Of a DNA stretch of 64,000 nucleotides, positions 37,855 to 51,308 are shown piece after piece. How positions within the stretch are numbered: position 1 is the stretch's first letter; the number at the start of each line of letters is the position of its first letter. The notes under the pieces were generated by a model, which did no database searches, had not been told where the DNA came from, and saw only the letters and a list, made by a program, of their open reading frames with translations. The translations under genes and the position numbers were made by a program. Source of the DNA: Trichosphaerium sp. ATCC 40318 (taxonomy: Eukaryota > Protista > Tubulinea); contig JALMLS010000466.1 of assembly GCA_038496445.1 (NCBI GenBank), positions 62,001 through 126,000 on the forward strand, read 5' to 3'.

Positions 37855-40800
37855 TTAAAAATCAATTTCAGCAATTGTAATATCTGCAAACGGATCATCT
37901 TCCTCAGCTTGATTACCAGCGTTAATAAAAAAGGCATCAGCATCAACAAATCCTTCCTCGTTTGTAACTGCAGTTGTAACCTTTGGCTTCTTTACAGGAG
38001 ATGTAACTGTAGCAACTTGTGGATGTATAGCATGCTCTTGTAGATGCTCAAACTTTTCCTCAACAATCTTGAGCTCTTCTTCCTAGCAACAAGCATTAAT
38101 CAACCGAAACTCATACACCAACAAGAAAAACAAGGACTGATCAAGTACGTACTTCTTCTGCGCGCTCTTGCTTCATAATAGCTTCAAGTTCCGTTTGAAT
38201 TTGAGTCCACGCCTGGAGCTCTGCGCCAAAACGTGCAGGTCTATAAAAATATTTGTAAGTCACTGGGAGAAATAAGGATAGATTTACCTTTGATGCATTT
38301 GAGCATAGTAGCTATTATAGCTAGTTATCAAAGTTTTACACTCCTTACATGTGCTAATATACCTAACACCTCTAATCTCATTTATATTATTTTTAAACTC
38401 AGACACTTGCTAAACAAAGAACAAAGTTAGAATCCAAAAAAAAAACTCTGAAAAAAAAACCAGAAAAAACAACTCCATCTTGGTTGTTTTAACGTTCAAT
38501 CTTCTTCTTACCTCTTGCATCTTTTTGATGTCCAAGAACTTCTTCTCCCATTCAAGTAAAATACGCTCCTCTAAATCACCAAACCCTTTCTCTAGCGTTG
38601 GTTTTGGAGCAGTAGCAGGGCCAGAGAACCATGCCATCCAAGAAGCATTATCAACTGAATAATACTGTGCAAAATAACGTGCACACTGAACAAGACCTCT
38701 GTACTGTGTAAACACTTGCTTATACTGAAGTACAGACTTTATCCAGTCCTCTTCTGTACGCTATAGTAAAAAAAATTAGACCAAAAAAAATCTCTTTCTG
38801 CTCTTGCTTACCGGTGCTGGCATTACTGAAAGACCTTCCCAGCTTGACTTTGTGTTTGCTGACTTCAAATGGCTAATAGTAGCAACAATAGATGTTTGTT
38901 GATCCAATTGTCCTTTAGCTTGTTGTAGTGATTGTACTTGGACTTGAATAGCTTGTATCCACTCACGCATTGATTTATCATTTGAGCACTGTATGATAAG
39001 TTCCTTTCCTTCTGAAGGAACAAGGAAAGCATGTTCAAACTCATGCAAATGTTGTGCATAAGAAGGAGGAGCAACGTCCTTAAAAGGAGCAATACTAGTG
39101 TGATTCACAAAGTCTAAAATCAATCCACCAAGTGGTTCATCTTCTATCTGTGGTGGAGCTCCCTGTCGGCAGAAAAAAATCAGTTCATCGGCTGAAAAAA
39201 AAAACGACACAAGAAGTAGGAAAAGAAGGACGTACATGCTCGCCTGCCTTGTAATAAAGCAAGTAATTGCACCATAGTGCAAAGTATTTACCTTCCCACG
39301 TTACAGTAGGATCTTTCATATCTCTTCTTCTCTCAAAACCTTCAATCACAGTATCACCCTTTAACCTGCCCCAAGGGAACATTGATACTTTAACCTGAGC
39401 TGCCATGGCTGTATCAACCATAAATTGCTTACCGCCTCTTGCTGAAGAAGCTTTGGCGTTTGCTTTCTTCTAAACAACTAAAATTAGCACTCTCTTGATA
39501 CTTTGAAGCACGTGCTGTGCTAGAATTTCAGAAAAAAATGTAGAGCGTACTTTTTTTGCCCATTTTGGTAATTTCTTCCCTTTGACAACATGAAGTATCT
39601 CGTCAGCTCTTATACGCTGTTCATTTAATGATTTATCATTGTCAACAACTAAATTTAAAAAAAAAAGAGATCAATACAAACGAGCCTTTCCCTTCAAAAA
39701 AAAAAAACGTACAGTCTCCGTCATCTGTTAAAAGCATTCCTTTTTCTTGATTCAAATGATACTTTGATAGAATATCATCTATGAGGTTTGACACATGTGC
39801 ATCGAAATCAAGTTGTACACGATCCGTAGCACCCTTCATAATAATACTCATTAGCACGTAGTAATCATAGAAGAAATACATCAATACAAACGTACTTTTG
39901 GTGTTTTAAAATTGATAAATAATGGTCGCTTCTTGAACTCTAGTAATTCAATATTACCAGGGTTATAAGTTCCGAAAGATGCAGCGTTATCATATATTTG
40001 ATCGCTGTCAGGATTAATAAGAACATAAGGATCCAATTCAAAGTATGTCAAGTTAGCTTTCTCGCCAAGAATCTAAACAAAGTAAACAACTTGTTTTTCA
40101 AAAAAATCAAAAACCAAAAGGGTGCAAGTACCTCTAAAGCGCCTTGTACAGTGCAATCAAGGGGAAATCGAACTTTCTTGGTGGCATCGAGTGTAGGTGT
40201 AATCATACGGATTCTACACGTCACAGAAGGTCCATCGAATCTTGGAGATGCTATAGGTGCATTCATACTACTTTGCAAAGCGTTACAAAGCAGAAAAAAA
40301 ATTATGAATTTTTGAAAGTAAAAAAATTAAAAAACGATGAAGAAATGTACCGTGGTGGGCTAAGAGCAGCAGTTGTTTGGATAGGAGGGATATTTGCTCG
40401 AGGTAGTGATGTTACTGGAGGAGATGTGACAAGTCTTGGTGGAGCTGCTTGTAGTGATCCACCGCGTTTTGGAGCTACAGGTGGCAAACCCATTGGTGGT
40501 GGCGCACGTTTTGGTACCATGTGGGCTGGTGGAAGTCCAGTTGGAGGACCTTTGCGTTGTGGTGGTAAACCCATTGGCGCCAAATGAGCTGGTGGCAACC
40601 CTGTTGGTGGCGGCGCGCGTTTACCGACTGGAGGAAGTTGTGGTGGCAAACCAGTTGGTGGTGGTGCACGGTTTGATGCCAAGTGCGCTGGTGGACCATT
40701 ACGATGAGGTGGCAAACTTGGAGGTAAATCTGTTGGTGGAGCGTTTCTCTGTGGTGGCCTCGCTCCAAACTTTGGTACAGCGCTTGGAAACTTTGGTGGG

Positions 40801-41209
40801 AGACCTTTTGGTGGACCTGCGCGCTTTGGTGCTATTGGTTGCCTTACAGGTTGTGATGGAGGTAATCCGCCTGGTGGTAGCTTTCTTGGGGGTAAAGCAA
40901 ATTTCTTAGGCCCGTTTACGTTTACTGACGCGGAGAAGCCTGGAGGACCACGTTTAGGTCCACGAGCCTATGCAATTTTTAGTTTTGGTTTTTATTTTGG
41001 TCATTTACCTGTGCTTTCTTTCCTGCAAGTAGGTTCATCTGTTACAAAGAAATTATGACTAGAAGGTGATATAAATGACCTTTTTTAGAGCATACCTGAG
41101 ACTGTCGCTTTTTGGCTTGTATTTGCGCTATAACTTTCGCACGTTGCTCAGGAGGCAACGACTGAAGTTTTTGCAAGAGGGCAGCTTGTCGAGCCTTTGT
41201 ATCTGCCAT
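37855..41209 (-). CDS. Pro-rich protein with tandem talin-F0/F1-like ubiquitin-fold domains, a PH domain and an acidic C-terminus
   Basis: Repeats of RAPPPTGLPP; TKKVRFPLDCTVQGA..LLEFKKRP and DKSLNEQ (talin-head-like); PH domain WEGKYFALWCNYLLYYK..EPLGGLIL..IIQCSNDKSMREWIQAI; ends DPFADITIAEIDF*. Confidence 0.75.
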
Positions 41210-41353
41210 ATTGGTTTTTTACGTTAAAAGTATAGCGTCAAAGTATAAAATAGGCGTAATCTAATTGGGTATTGTTAAAAAAAGTCAACGGAGACAAATT
41301 TGTACAGAAAATATCACACCCTTGTTTAAACAGCCTGTTGGCTTCGCAGGCGC

Positions 41354-43466
41354 ATGTTGTCGCCGGTTAATGGCCATAGAAGTAGATGCGGTTCGTTATT
41401 ACGACCACAGCGCATCACTAGATCCCCATCATCGCTTTGCGACTTTTGTTTTAAAGTTATAAGCAAGTTTTTGATACTATGTAACGGGAGCAGGCGAAAA
41501 GCACGGTTATTGAAACTTCAAAACGCTCCACCACAACTAGTAAAAATGGTACATTGGCGTCATCATTATCACTCCTTACCGTACAATAGCTTCTAAACCG
41601 CCTTGCGCGCAATCGAAAGCTCGACACTAAGTACGCAATTGCTTACACACGGATATTGCCTCACGTAAACCCTACAGCTCTTTACGGCTTATCTTGAACG
41701 CCTGTCATGTGCAGGAGTTGGATTTATCACGTTGTTCTCAGGTAGACTTGAAACAAATAACATGGCGTTATTTGAATCTAAAAGTACTATCCCTGAGGAG
41801 TTGCCACGCAGTGACGGATTTCATTTTGGTCCACAGTACGTCATTTACAGTTTTTTAAACTCCAAATACAATACCGGGTACGCTTAATAGCGTATTTTAC
41901 GCGTGATTGGTACAAAAATCCACGTTAAATTGTTAACTAAAAAAACAAGTCGTAGATTTCATTGCTTATTCAAAACCTTAGTTGTAAATAACTGCTGCAA
42001 ACTGGAGAGCTTGAATTTATCTTTTAACAAAAAGTTAACGGATAATGGTATTCTCAGAGCGTGCGTCAAATGCCCGAATTTAGTTGATATCGATCTTTCA
42101 TGGACGTGTATAACTGATGCCTCACTTCAACACGTTGCTGGCTATTGTACAAATCTAATGAAGCTTAATGTGAGCTCATGTAAGGTACGTCATTTAAAAT
42201 AACCAAAAGGGCTGTAACGTCGCGAAATCTGGCGTTTAATCTCAGAGTAATTGACATGAACTTTTCGGATCTCGACAATTTTTTTGAAATTTGTTTTCTT
42301 TCGTCTTGCGGTTTGTTATTATTCGTTTTATTACAGTTTCAATTCAGTTTTAGAAAAATATTAGCTTAGCACGTGTCACGTGATTTATTGTTTATTTTAC
42401 TTTTTTTTTTCATAGCTCTTTGATCGTTCTAAGTCTTCTTTTGATTTTTGATATTATATTTCTTGCTGATCTGAATAATACAGAAAATCACGTCAAAAGG
42501 TGTCACAGACTTGCTTACTTCAGATATACCTCTTGTATGGCTTGAACTTAAAGGATCAACGATAGTGGATCCAATACTAAGATCAACAACACTACAACAT
42601 CTAAATATTGCAAACTGTTTCCTTATTACAGCAGAGGCTTTGAACACTATAGATTGTCCTAAATTAAGCGATTTATGCTTATCATCTTCAAAGTCTTTGG
42701 GCGATGCATCTATACAAGTTATAACAACAAGGTGTTCTTCACTACAAACTCTTGATATTCAACATACAAACATAGTTAAGCCTAATTTTTCAGAAACAAC
42801 ATCTCTTACAGCGCTTGGGATGAGCGGATGTAGTAAGCTAGCTCCTGAGTGGCTTAAAGATATAACAAAACAGTGTAATCGTTTACAACATTTATATTTG
42901 AATGGTACGCGGATAACAGACGATTCTTTGGCTTCTTTGGCAAAGGTATGCTTCTTTTTTTTTTTCAATGACTGAAATCTGATTTTAATTTGTATCATTT
43001 TTATAGACACGTATGATGCGTATAATCGATGTGGGTAGATGTAAAAATATAACAGATGCTGGGGTACATAATTTTAAAGAAAATTAGCCGAAGCGAATCG
43101 AGTGGTTGTTCGCGAAAAGATTCTTATTTTATTCTTTGTTCTGATCTTTTTTGAAGGTGTCAAATATTGCTAAACACTGTCCACTTGTAAAGTCAGTTGA
43201 CCTTAGCTGGTGTGAGATAACATATGCTTCCTTAAAACATCTACAACGTTGTACCCGGTTACAAGAAGTTAAAGTCTTTGGTTGCACGAAAATTGATGAA
43301 CACAGCGTTGAAGAATTTCGAGTACGTTCAAAAAAAAAAAAAAAAACAAACTCAAAGAAAATATTTTGTTGATGTTCATTTACCTTTGTGTTAGAAACAA
43401 CGTCCAGAGATAGAACTAGGCGTTGTGAGAAACGAGAGGGACTGGAGTATGTTCGAAAGTTTGTAA
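41354..43466 (+). CDS. Cys-containing LRR protein (AMN1/FBXL-like) with an N-terminal BC-box-like motif
   Basis: SSLCDFCFKVI, followed by many LxxLxLxxCxxITD repeats (LESLNLSFNKKLTD, LVDIDLSWTCITD, LQEVKVFGCTKID). Confidence 0.85.
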
Positions 43467-43619
43467 ATTTGGCAGGAGTGTCTTCTGGTCCCGTTAAAAA
43501 ACAAAATAAAAAAAAATTCAAGCGCAAAATGAACCATTTTCTTCTGCCTGTGAAGCATCTTGACTTTCTTAACCCACAAAGTCGGTTAAATAGTAGTTAT
43601 TACTGCAAATACATTAGCA

Positions 43620-45332
43620 ATGGCTGCAAGAGTACCATTAAATCACGGCGTGCCACATTATATTCCAACTGAGTTTCATGGCTATCAAGTACCTCTCTAC
43701 GCGTTGCGACGCGTCATTGATGGCTTTTAGGTACAATTCAGTCCGTTTGAAGAAAACTTGCTAGCTGTCGCTACAGCACAAAATTATGGCTTGCTTGGCA
43801 ACGGAAAGCTTCACATATTCGACGTACAAAACAATGCGTCACCACCTAGAGAAATCGCTTCATTTTACACAAGAGATTGTATATATGACGTAGCATGGTC
43901 TGGTACGTACTAATTAGCATTATTGGCCAAATCTGGGGTAACATTAACATTCCCAGTCATTTTTTATGCTTTTTTACGTACCTACGCATTGTAACGCGCC
44001 TACAATTATGATAGACGTACAAAACAAATAAATCGCTTAATTTCATGATTTGGAATCAACCACAACTCACTTTATTCTTTAGAAGAGAATGAAAGACACT
44101 TGCTTACGGCTCTTGGAGATAAATCAGTTAAACTATGGGATTCTCAAGGTGGACCAAATAATCCTCTAAGGAGCTTCCAAGAGCATAACGGAGAAGTATT
44201 TTGTGTTGCTTGGAACATGTTGGTACGTCTTTTAAATTAAAACAAGACGAGAAAAAACGTCAAACGGTATTTTTTTTTTGGTTGACACTCTTGGATTAGA
44301 GGAAAGATTTATTCGCCAGTTCGTCATGGGATCAAAGTATAAAAGTGAGTCAGCTATAAATTAAGGGTTTTTCTTCTAACCTAGCTTAAGATTTGGACTC
44401 CTGCGAGACCACAAGCGATACAAACTTGGGCTGAACATAAATATTGTGTATATGAAGTTTCTTGGTCTCCAGCTGTACCAGAGCTCCTTGCTTCAGCGTC
44501 AGGAGACTCTAGAATAATGTTATTTGACATGCGACGTACGTTTGGCTCCCAGGAGAAAAAAAAAACATCGAGAGAGCGAGTACTAATTGTTTTTTTTGTT
44601 GTTTAGAGCAAGCTGCTGTTAATTCAATTCTTGGGCATAATGGAGAGGTTCTATCTTGTGATTGGAACAAATATAATACAAACTTACTTATATCTGGTTC
44701 AGTAGACAAAACAGTTCGTGTTTGGGTAAGTTATGAAGCACCAAATGATTGTGTGTGACATAAATTCACTAAAAACTGATTTTTTTGGTTTTAGGATATC
44801 AGGCGTCCAGAACGTGAAGTGAAGCTTCTCATTGGCCATGACTTTGGTGTTAGACGTGTTAGATGCTCTCCTCATGCTGAAAATATCATGGCATCAGTTT
44901 CTTAGTAAGTAGCCCATTGCGAAGTGTCGCATTGGTTTTTTTTTCTCTTTTTTTCTCCGTTGCTTACCTTCCCTTAGTGATAGGACACTTGTTGTATGGG
45001 ATGCACAAAATCCAACGCCGCTCATACATAAAGCAGCACAGCATAATGATGCTGCTATAGGCCTTGATTTTAACATTTTTATTGACGGCAAGATCGCAAC
45101 TTGTGGATGGTAAGAGTTCTTTGTTTTGTTGGTGACATTTTCTAATTGCTTTTTTTCAAGGGATGCTTCCACTTTTGTTGGTCATTTCACTACACCTGGA
45201 AAGTTCTCAACACAAGGACCAGCTCCTGGTCAACCTGGAGGCATGCGCCATCCAGGAATGCCACAAGGACATGGACAAATGCCTATGACATCTCCTGGAC
45301 CGGTAGCTAAAATTCCACCACGACCAAACTAG
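43620..45332 (+). CDS. PEX7: Peroxisomal targeting signal 2 receptor (WD40) with a Pro/Gly/Gln-rich C-terminal tail
   Basis: GYQ|VQFSPFEENLLAVATAQNYGLLGNGKL, DCIYDVAWSEENE, SSSWDQSIK, HNGEVLSCDWNKYN, GHDFGVRRVRCSPH are PEX7-typical motifs. Confidence 0.93.
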
Positions 45333-45869
45333 CATTTTTTTTTTGTCTGTGTTGTGTACAAAGTAAAAAACCAGTTTATGTACTTTTTTGGCGTTTTTTT
45401 GTATAACACTCATGCCTGGTGTTTGGTAATACGGAAATGGCAGCGATCAGGGAATAGGAATAGAAGTTGTTGGTTAAAATTATGTATTGAAGAAAAACGT
45501 TTATTTTTTTACAAAGTTGGATTTTGCAGGCTAATTGAAAGGCATCTATCTATAGATATGATAACCAACAACAAGATTTGTATTAGAGTCCGTTTATTAC
45601 TTGCTACTAGTCAAAGTAAGGATTTTCAGGAATTAAGTTTTGACAGATCAATCAGAGGCATTTCAGGATCTTCAGTTTCTGATAGTGTTTTATAGAGGGT
45701 ACTGAGCATTTATAAAGTTTATTTGCTACGATGTTCTAAAGTTCAATACAGTACTAACAGATGAGGTTTAAATAGATTCGAAGTGCTTGGAAGCTGATCA
45801 ACTATGAGGTATCACGTGACAACCATGTGAGTTTTCCAACTAACAAAACATTCAGTACACAACGTCAAA

Positions 45870-48800
45870 ATGAGTCAAAATAACGACAAAAAGTAGACAG
45901 ACGCAGGCTTGGAATATATTGTGTTCTGGCCGTGCGAATCAATTAGTACGTTTGTAACTAACATTTTGACTTAACGATTAGTATCGTAGCTTCAGTGTGT
46001 TTAGATTAACAACCGACGAGCTGATTGGGCGGAAATCGTCAAAAGTTCACTAATATTTTTTTTTTGGCACGTGATACTGATTGACTTTTTAAAGTACAGA
46101 TGTGGGAAGAAAAAGAGTTAGAAGATTTCGAGACTACAAAAAAAAGCTATCTTGTAGAAGCCGGTGAAGATGGCCTAGTATTCGTACACGAGAAAAAGGA
46201 AGGCAGTAACACAGTAGATCTCTTCCTCTTGGAATACGGTAGAACATCCAACATTCTGGTTTTTTTTCTGTTTTTTTTTTCTGTTTCTCAGCTTCTCTGT
46301 AGGTTCATGGAAATGGAAGAAAATGAGATCATTTGAGATTGACACGGACATGAGACAATTTCCAAAATTTTTTATAGCACAAGGGAAGTTATGGAGTACG
46401 TTACATTCTTTTCTTTTTGCAATCTAAATTTTTTTTTTGACAGGTTTCTACTCAACACGAAAAATCAAAAGTTCAGTTGGATTATTTGATATTGAGTCAG
46501 GAAAGTACCAAAAGATACTTCATGTCAAGATTTTGGGAGATGCTATTTATGGTAGCTTACCTTTTGATCGTATTGGACATACTTGTATTGTACATGATGA
46601 AAAAGTAGGTATGTACATGTAGTTGAAAACCTACAATAAGTCATGAGTTGTTCTATGATCAATTTATACTAAACTTACCAATAGTCGTAATGGGAGGACA
46701 CCGTAATATTATTGGTTACCATTATGTAATTAAAGATGTACGAGAATTCAATCCAGGTACTACTTACCAATAAAACTGTAATTTATCAAAAAGATTGACA
46801 AGGTTTTTTAGAAACAAAGACATGGAGCATGTTATGCCGATGTTTAAAGAATTTGGATAGTCCAGGTGTGCTAATGGTTTAAGTTTCTTCTTCGTTTTAT
46901 AGCATTTACAGTAGGCATCTTTGTTTTGATTAACTTTATGTTTAATCAAAAGGAAAGGCCATAAAGTTTAGGACCTTCACTTTGTGCTACTATTTTTTTT
47001 CTTTGTGTTTACTAGTTAGTTGGACGGCAATGGCATGCAATGGCACCTGTAGATAAAGACCATATACTTATACATGGCGGCACCATAAAGCAAATAGGAT
47101 CTGTTGTTGGTACATTTGGACCGTAAAGCTCCTTTTTAACTAAGTACAAATTATAGGTGACTTATGGCTATTTCATGTCAAACGAAGAGAATGGACCAAA
47201 TGCAAGATTAATCGTGCTGTCATTATTGCTAGGCATACGTTAACAAAAGTTTGTCATAACAAGTGGGTGAGTTATGGTGGAATTACCAATGGCGGAAAGA
47301 TACATAACGAGACATGGTTACTAACACGTGGTACATACTAGTTTGGTTTTTCTTTCCTATTTCTTTCTCACCTACTTTTTCTTTCAAAAAGAGGAAAGAA
47401 CAATCAAGTTCAAATGGGAGCGATTGGAATGTACTGGTGGTCCACGTGTTTGCTTTCATAAGGCCGTATATATCCCGCATTTGAATAGTGTGTGTATTAA
47501 AGGTAATCTACAATTGGTTATGTAGTTATGTACTTACAAGCGTTCTAGGTGGTTACAGACACTATTATTTCGCTGCAAACAGTGTATACTTGTTAAATGG
47601 AGACGAGCTCTGGGGAAAGCAGTCAAATCCAACTGTTGGATCGTTAGATAAAAGTTACTTTACACCAGATGCGGTTTCGTATGAACAAGATGCGTTACAA
47701 GTCAATGAGTCAGAGGATGAGAGTAATGAAGAGGATTTTGATGAAAATGGCGAGGATATATTTCAGGTTGGTGATGAAGATAATTCAACAAGGCGAATAG
47801 CGCCTTCGCTTATCGAAAATGAAAGTGAAGTGGTTAGTGATGTATCAAATATTGTTAAGTTAATAGCGTATCAGGAGAATCTTCACTTCAACAGTAGCTT
47901 TTGGGATAGACCAGGAAGCAATGATACTGATTCATCAGACAGTGATGAATACGAAGAGAGCGAAAACAGTGTATTTAACGATATGATTGATGAATGTGCT
48001 GTATGAGACGTTTTTTTTTATTTGAAGAATTTTTTTATCTTTGTTACTCACGTGTTCGTAAAGGAAAAGTGGCATGAAGAAGAAGAACCGAAATTGTGTG
48101 CTTGGGATTTTTGGAGTTCGTTTAAGACCCAAGAGGATAGAGATATCAGACTTGATATATTTGAATATCCAAAACAAAAACAAATTAACAAAGTATGTTC
48201 TCTAGTACCTTTAAAACGCTTACAATTCACCCTAGCGTCTTAACGTTATTTCAAAGCTGCTTGGTGATAGGGTGTCTATTAATCAAGTCGAACAAACTGT
48301 TAACAATTATTGTGAATGCGAATGGAGAATAGGTGTGTTAGAAGGAGAAGAGCCTGAAAAACCTGAACCAAAGCCGAAACTGAAACAACTTCAGCGAACA
48401 TCTACCATCCCACAACACAGACCAATGAGTGATGGAACATCAGAATGGGTTGTTTTAGATAGTGATGATTCAGAAAGTGAAGGAGAGAGACCAGAAAATA
48501 GACACAACACTAGTACAAAGAAAGATGATGAGTTGGTGTTCCTAGGCCGTTTAGAAAGCAATCAATCCTCACCAGGTATGTAATCAAAACGCTTTGACAA
48601 GTGCTCAATATGTTTATTATCAATAGAAAATGAGCCAGTGTGTTCTTGGGAAATAGGCGGTGTAGTAAGAGAGGTAGGTGTAGAGTTGCCTCTTTATGAG
48701 GAATCCACACCCAAAAAAAGGAAAAGGCCTTCTACAACTGCACCGATGCTGAACCGGAATAGCCAGAAAAGGTATGCATATATTACAAGACGGGCTGTAG

Positions 48801-51308
48801 GATGGGTTTATGCTGACTGTATTTTTTTTGTTTACAGGGCCAGGGTAACTAAGAAAATAATATGGAAGGAAAAAGAAGTAACTGTTGATCTCATTCTAAA
48901 CCCGGAAGAAAAAGATAAAAGAAAGCACGTTTCAGTGCCAAAAGAGGTCAATACAAGGTGAACACCTTTCAACAACGTGCTGGATTATTCACTAACTTTT
49001 TTCAAAAGGCTACAAGACTTTCAGAGGAAAGGTGCAAAGTTTCTTTACAAGATAGCTACAACAACTGGAGTACGATATATTTTACTCGGAATATACAACT
49101 TGTTCGTGTTTTTTGCTTGCAGCAAACTTTGTGTCACATCAGCACAACTGAGAATACACTAGTTTTTATCATCTCGTTGTTTTTGTTTGCTTTATGTTTT
49201 TTAACCACGTGTTTTTTCATCTTTAGGGTATTCTTGGAGATGACATGGGTTGTGGAAAGACAGTTCAAGTCCTTGCTTTATTATACGCCTTTAAAGCATC
49301 TAAACCGACTGAAGTTATCAACCTTACTGGAGATAATCTATGGTATGATAATACTACTCTAGTAGTTGTGCCAAACATATTCATCCTTCAATCATGGCAA
49401 GGTACTCAACCTTAAAAAATGACAGTTAAGCCCTTGTGATGCTCATTCTCTCTCAGATCAAATCATTTCTTTCAATTCTCTTTTCTCCGACGAGCAAGAC
49501 CATTTAAAGCTTACTTATGGAGTGTACCATGGTAAGGATACTTTTACAGCATATGAGGATGTCAAGAAAGGATATGATGATATTCTACTAACAACAGCTG
49601 CGACATTGACTGGGAGTGATCACAAAGACAAACTCAATGTTGATTGGCGCATGATTGTCTTTGATGAAGTTCACATGTTCAAGAAAGACAGTGGGAAACG
49701 ATACAAGATATTGAAGGCGTTCAAATGCAAGTCAAGGATTGGTCTCACAGGTACTGTGTTTCAAAACAGTCCAAGTGAATTGTGGGCCACGATCAGCCTT
49801 GTGGTACGTTAGAAAGTCATTCACATTGTTTGTTCCTGATGTCTAAAGGTTAATGACTACATGGATAAAGGTTCATTTGAGAAGCAGTTCGCCGGACCAA
49901 TAAGACAAGCTCTATCTAATGAGGCATCTTACATTGATGTTGATCTTGGTGAAACTGCTGGAAAAGAACTACAAGAGCAATTGAAACATCTCATAGTAAG
50001 GAGGCACAGGAGTGTTTGGAACAAACCAGGATTACCACCTGCGCTACCACGTGCGTTCCCTCTACTTTCCTCAGCACTTTTTTGTAATTTTTTTAACTGG
50101 ATGTAGCTATAACAAACTATAAAATAGTCCTTCCTCTACTCAAGGAGCAAAAGATAAAGATGAACAAGATATTGCACCCGGGTGCTCACACCATAGTAGA
50201 AGCAGGAACAGCTAATAAAATAGCTGTTCGTACGTTGCAAAAATAACACGTGGCTTGTGATTTGATTTTTACCTTTTTTGTTTAGATCCTTTGCTACCTG
50301 ATGTGTATCAGAAAAAGATTAGACTTAGGGATATTGACTATAGAAATGTTTCTCAAGACTCGCTGAAGCTTCAATTTCTTGAAAAGGCTATTCGTTGGTT
50401 CTCAAAACAGGAGTCTTACACTAAAGTTTTATTGTTTTGCAAATATGTTAAGACGCTACAGTTTGTTGAAAAGTTTCTTCGAGCAAACAAAATAGCCAAA
50501 CATGTTAGAAAAATAATAGGTGATCAATCTGAGAACAAACGCTCAGAACACATCACGTGGTTCAAGAAATTAAAAGATAATGGTATTCTGTTGATAAGCA
50601 GAGACACGCTCAGTGAGGGTGTCGGAATAGTAGGTATGTGAAAATAAGAAAGAATGACGAAAAGGTAATTTTGTTCCTAACCAGTCTTTTATCTAGAAGC
50701 ATCTATAGTTGTATTTCTTGAACCATTCTTCAACCCATCAAAACATGCTCAGGCATCAGCAAGAGTACATAGATTTGGACAGAGTAAGTTTTGTCTACAC
50801 TTCAATTCCTCCTTTTTTCTTTTTTTTTTTTTCTCCTTCTTACTTATTGTTATTAGAATGTCACGTGCATACTTTTATGCTTGTTTCTGGTGCTATAGAG
50901 GAAAAAATTGAGCAAACGCAGTTAAAAAAGAAGATAACGCGTGCAAGGATGCTTGACAATGCACATGTAAAGGCTGTTGATGACAAAATTGTTACGTACA
51001 AAAAGCCTAAATTATCCAGCACAGATGCATCAGTTAAACCTGTCCTTATAAGCGATATGAGAAAAGAGATTGCAACAAACAACGCGCATCATAATATTCA
51101 TAGCGCTATGATTCAGATTGTCAAGGATTTGGCAGATGATGGTAAGATAATCGACTTGGAACTTAGATACCAAACATATAGCGAGTATAAAGCAAGCAAG
51201 GATATGATGAAGAAATTGAGTGAATCAAATGAGGATACAATTAAAATACTTGATAATGAAAACGCGAAAGAGTCTACTGGTCCAAGCATTGAGGATGTAA
51301 AAGATTAA
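45870..51308 (+). CDS. Kelch-repeat + uncharacterised domain + SNF2-family helicase (paralog A)
   Basis: Kelch: RIGHTCIV..VMGG, GRQWHAM..ILIHGG, GDLWLF. SNF2: LQDFQRKG, GILGDDMGCGKTVQ, IVFDEVH, RIGLTGTVFQNSPSELW, QASARVHRFGQ. The exons join in frame. The start codon is uncertain (45870 or 46100). Confidence 0.8.

Noticed and set aside
40144-40909. Plus-strand Gly/Val-rich ORFs
   Set aside because: They are antisense to the Pro-rich exon of the minus-strand gene.
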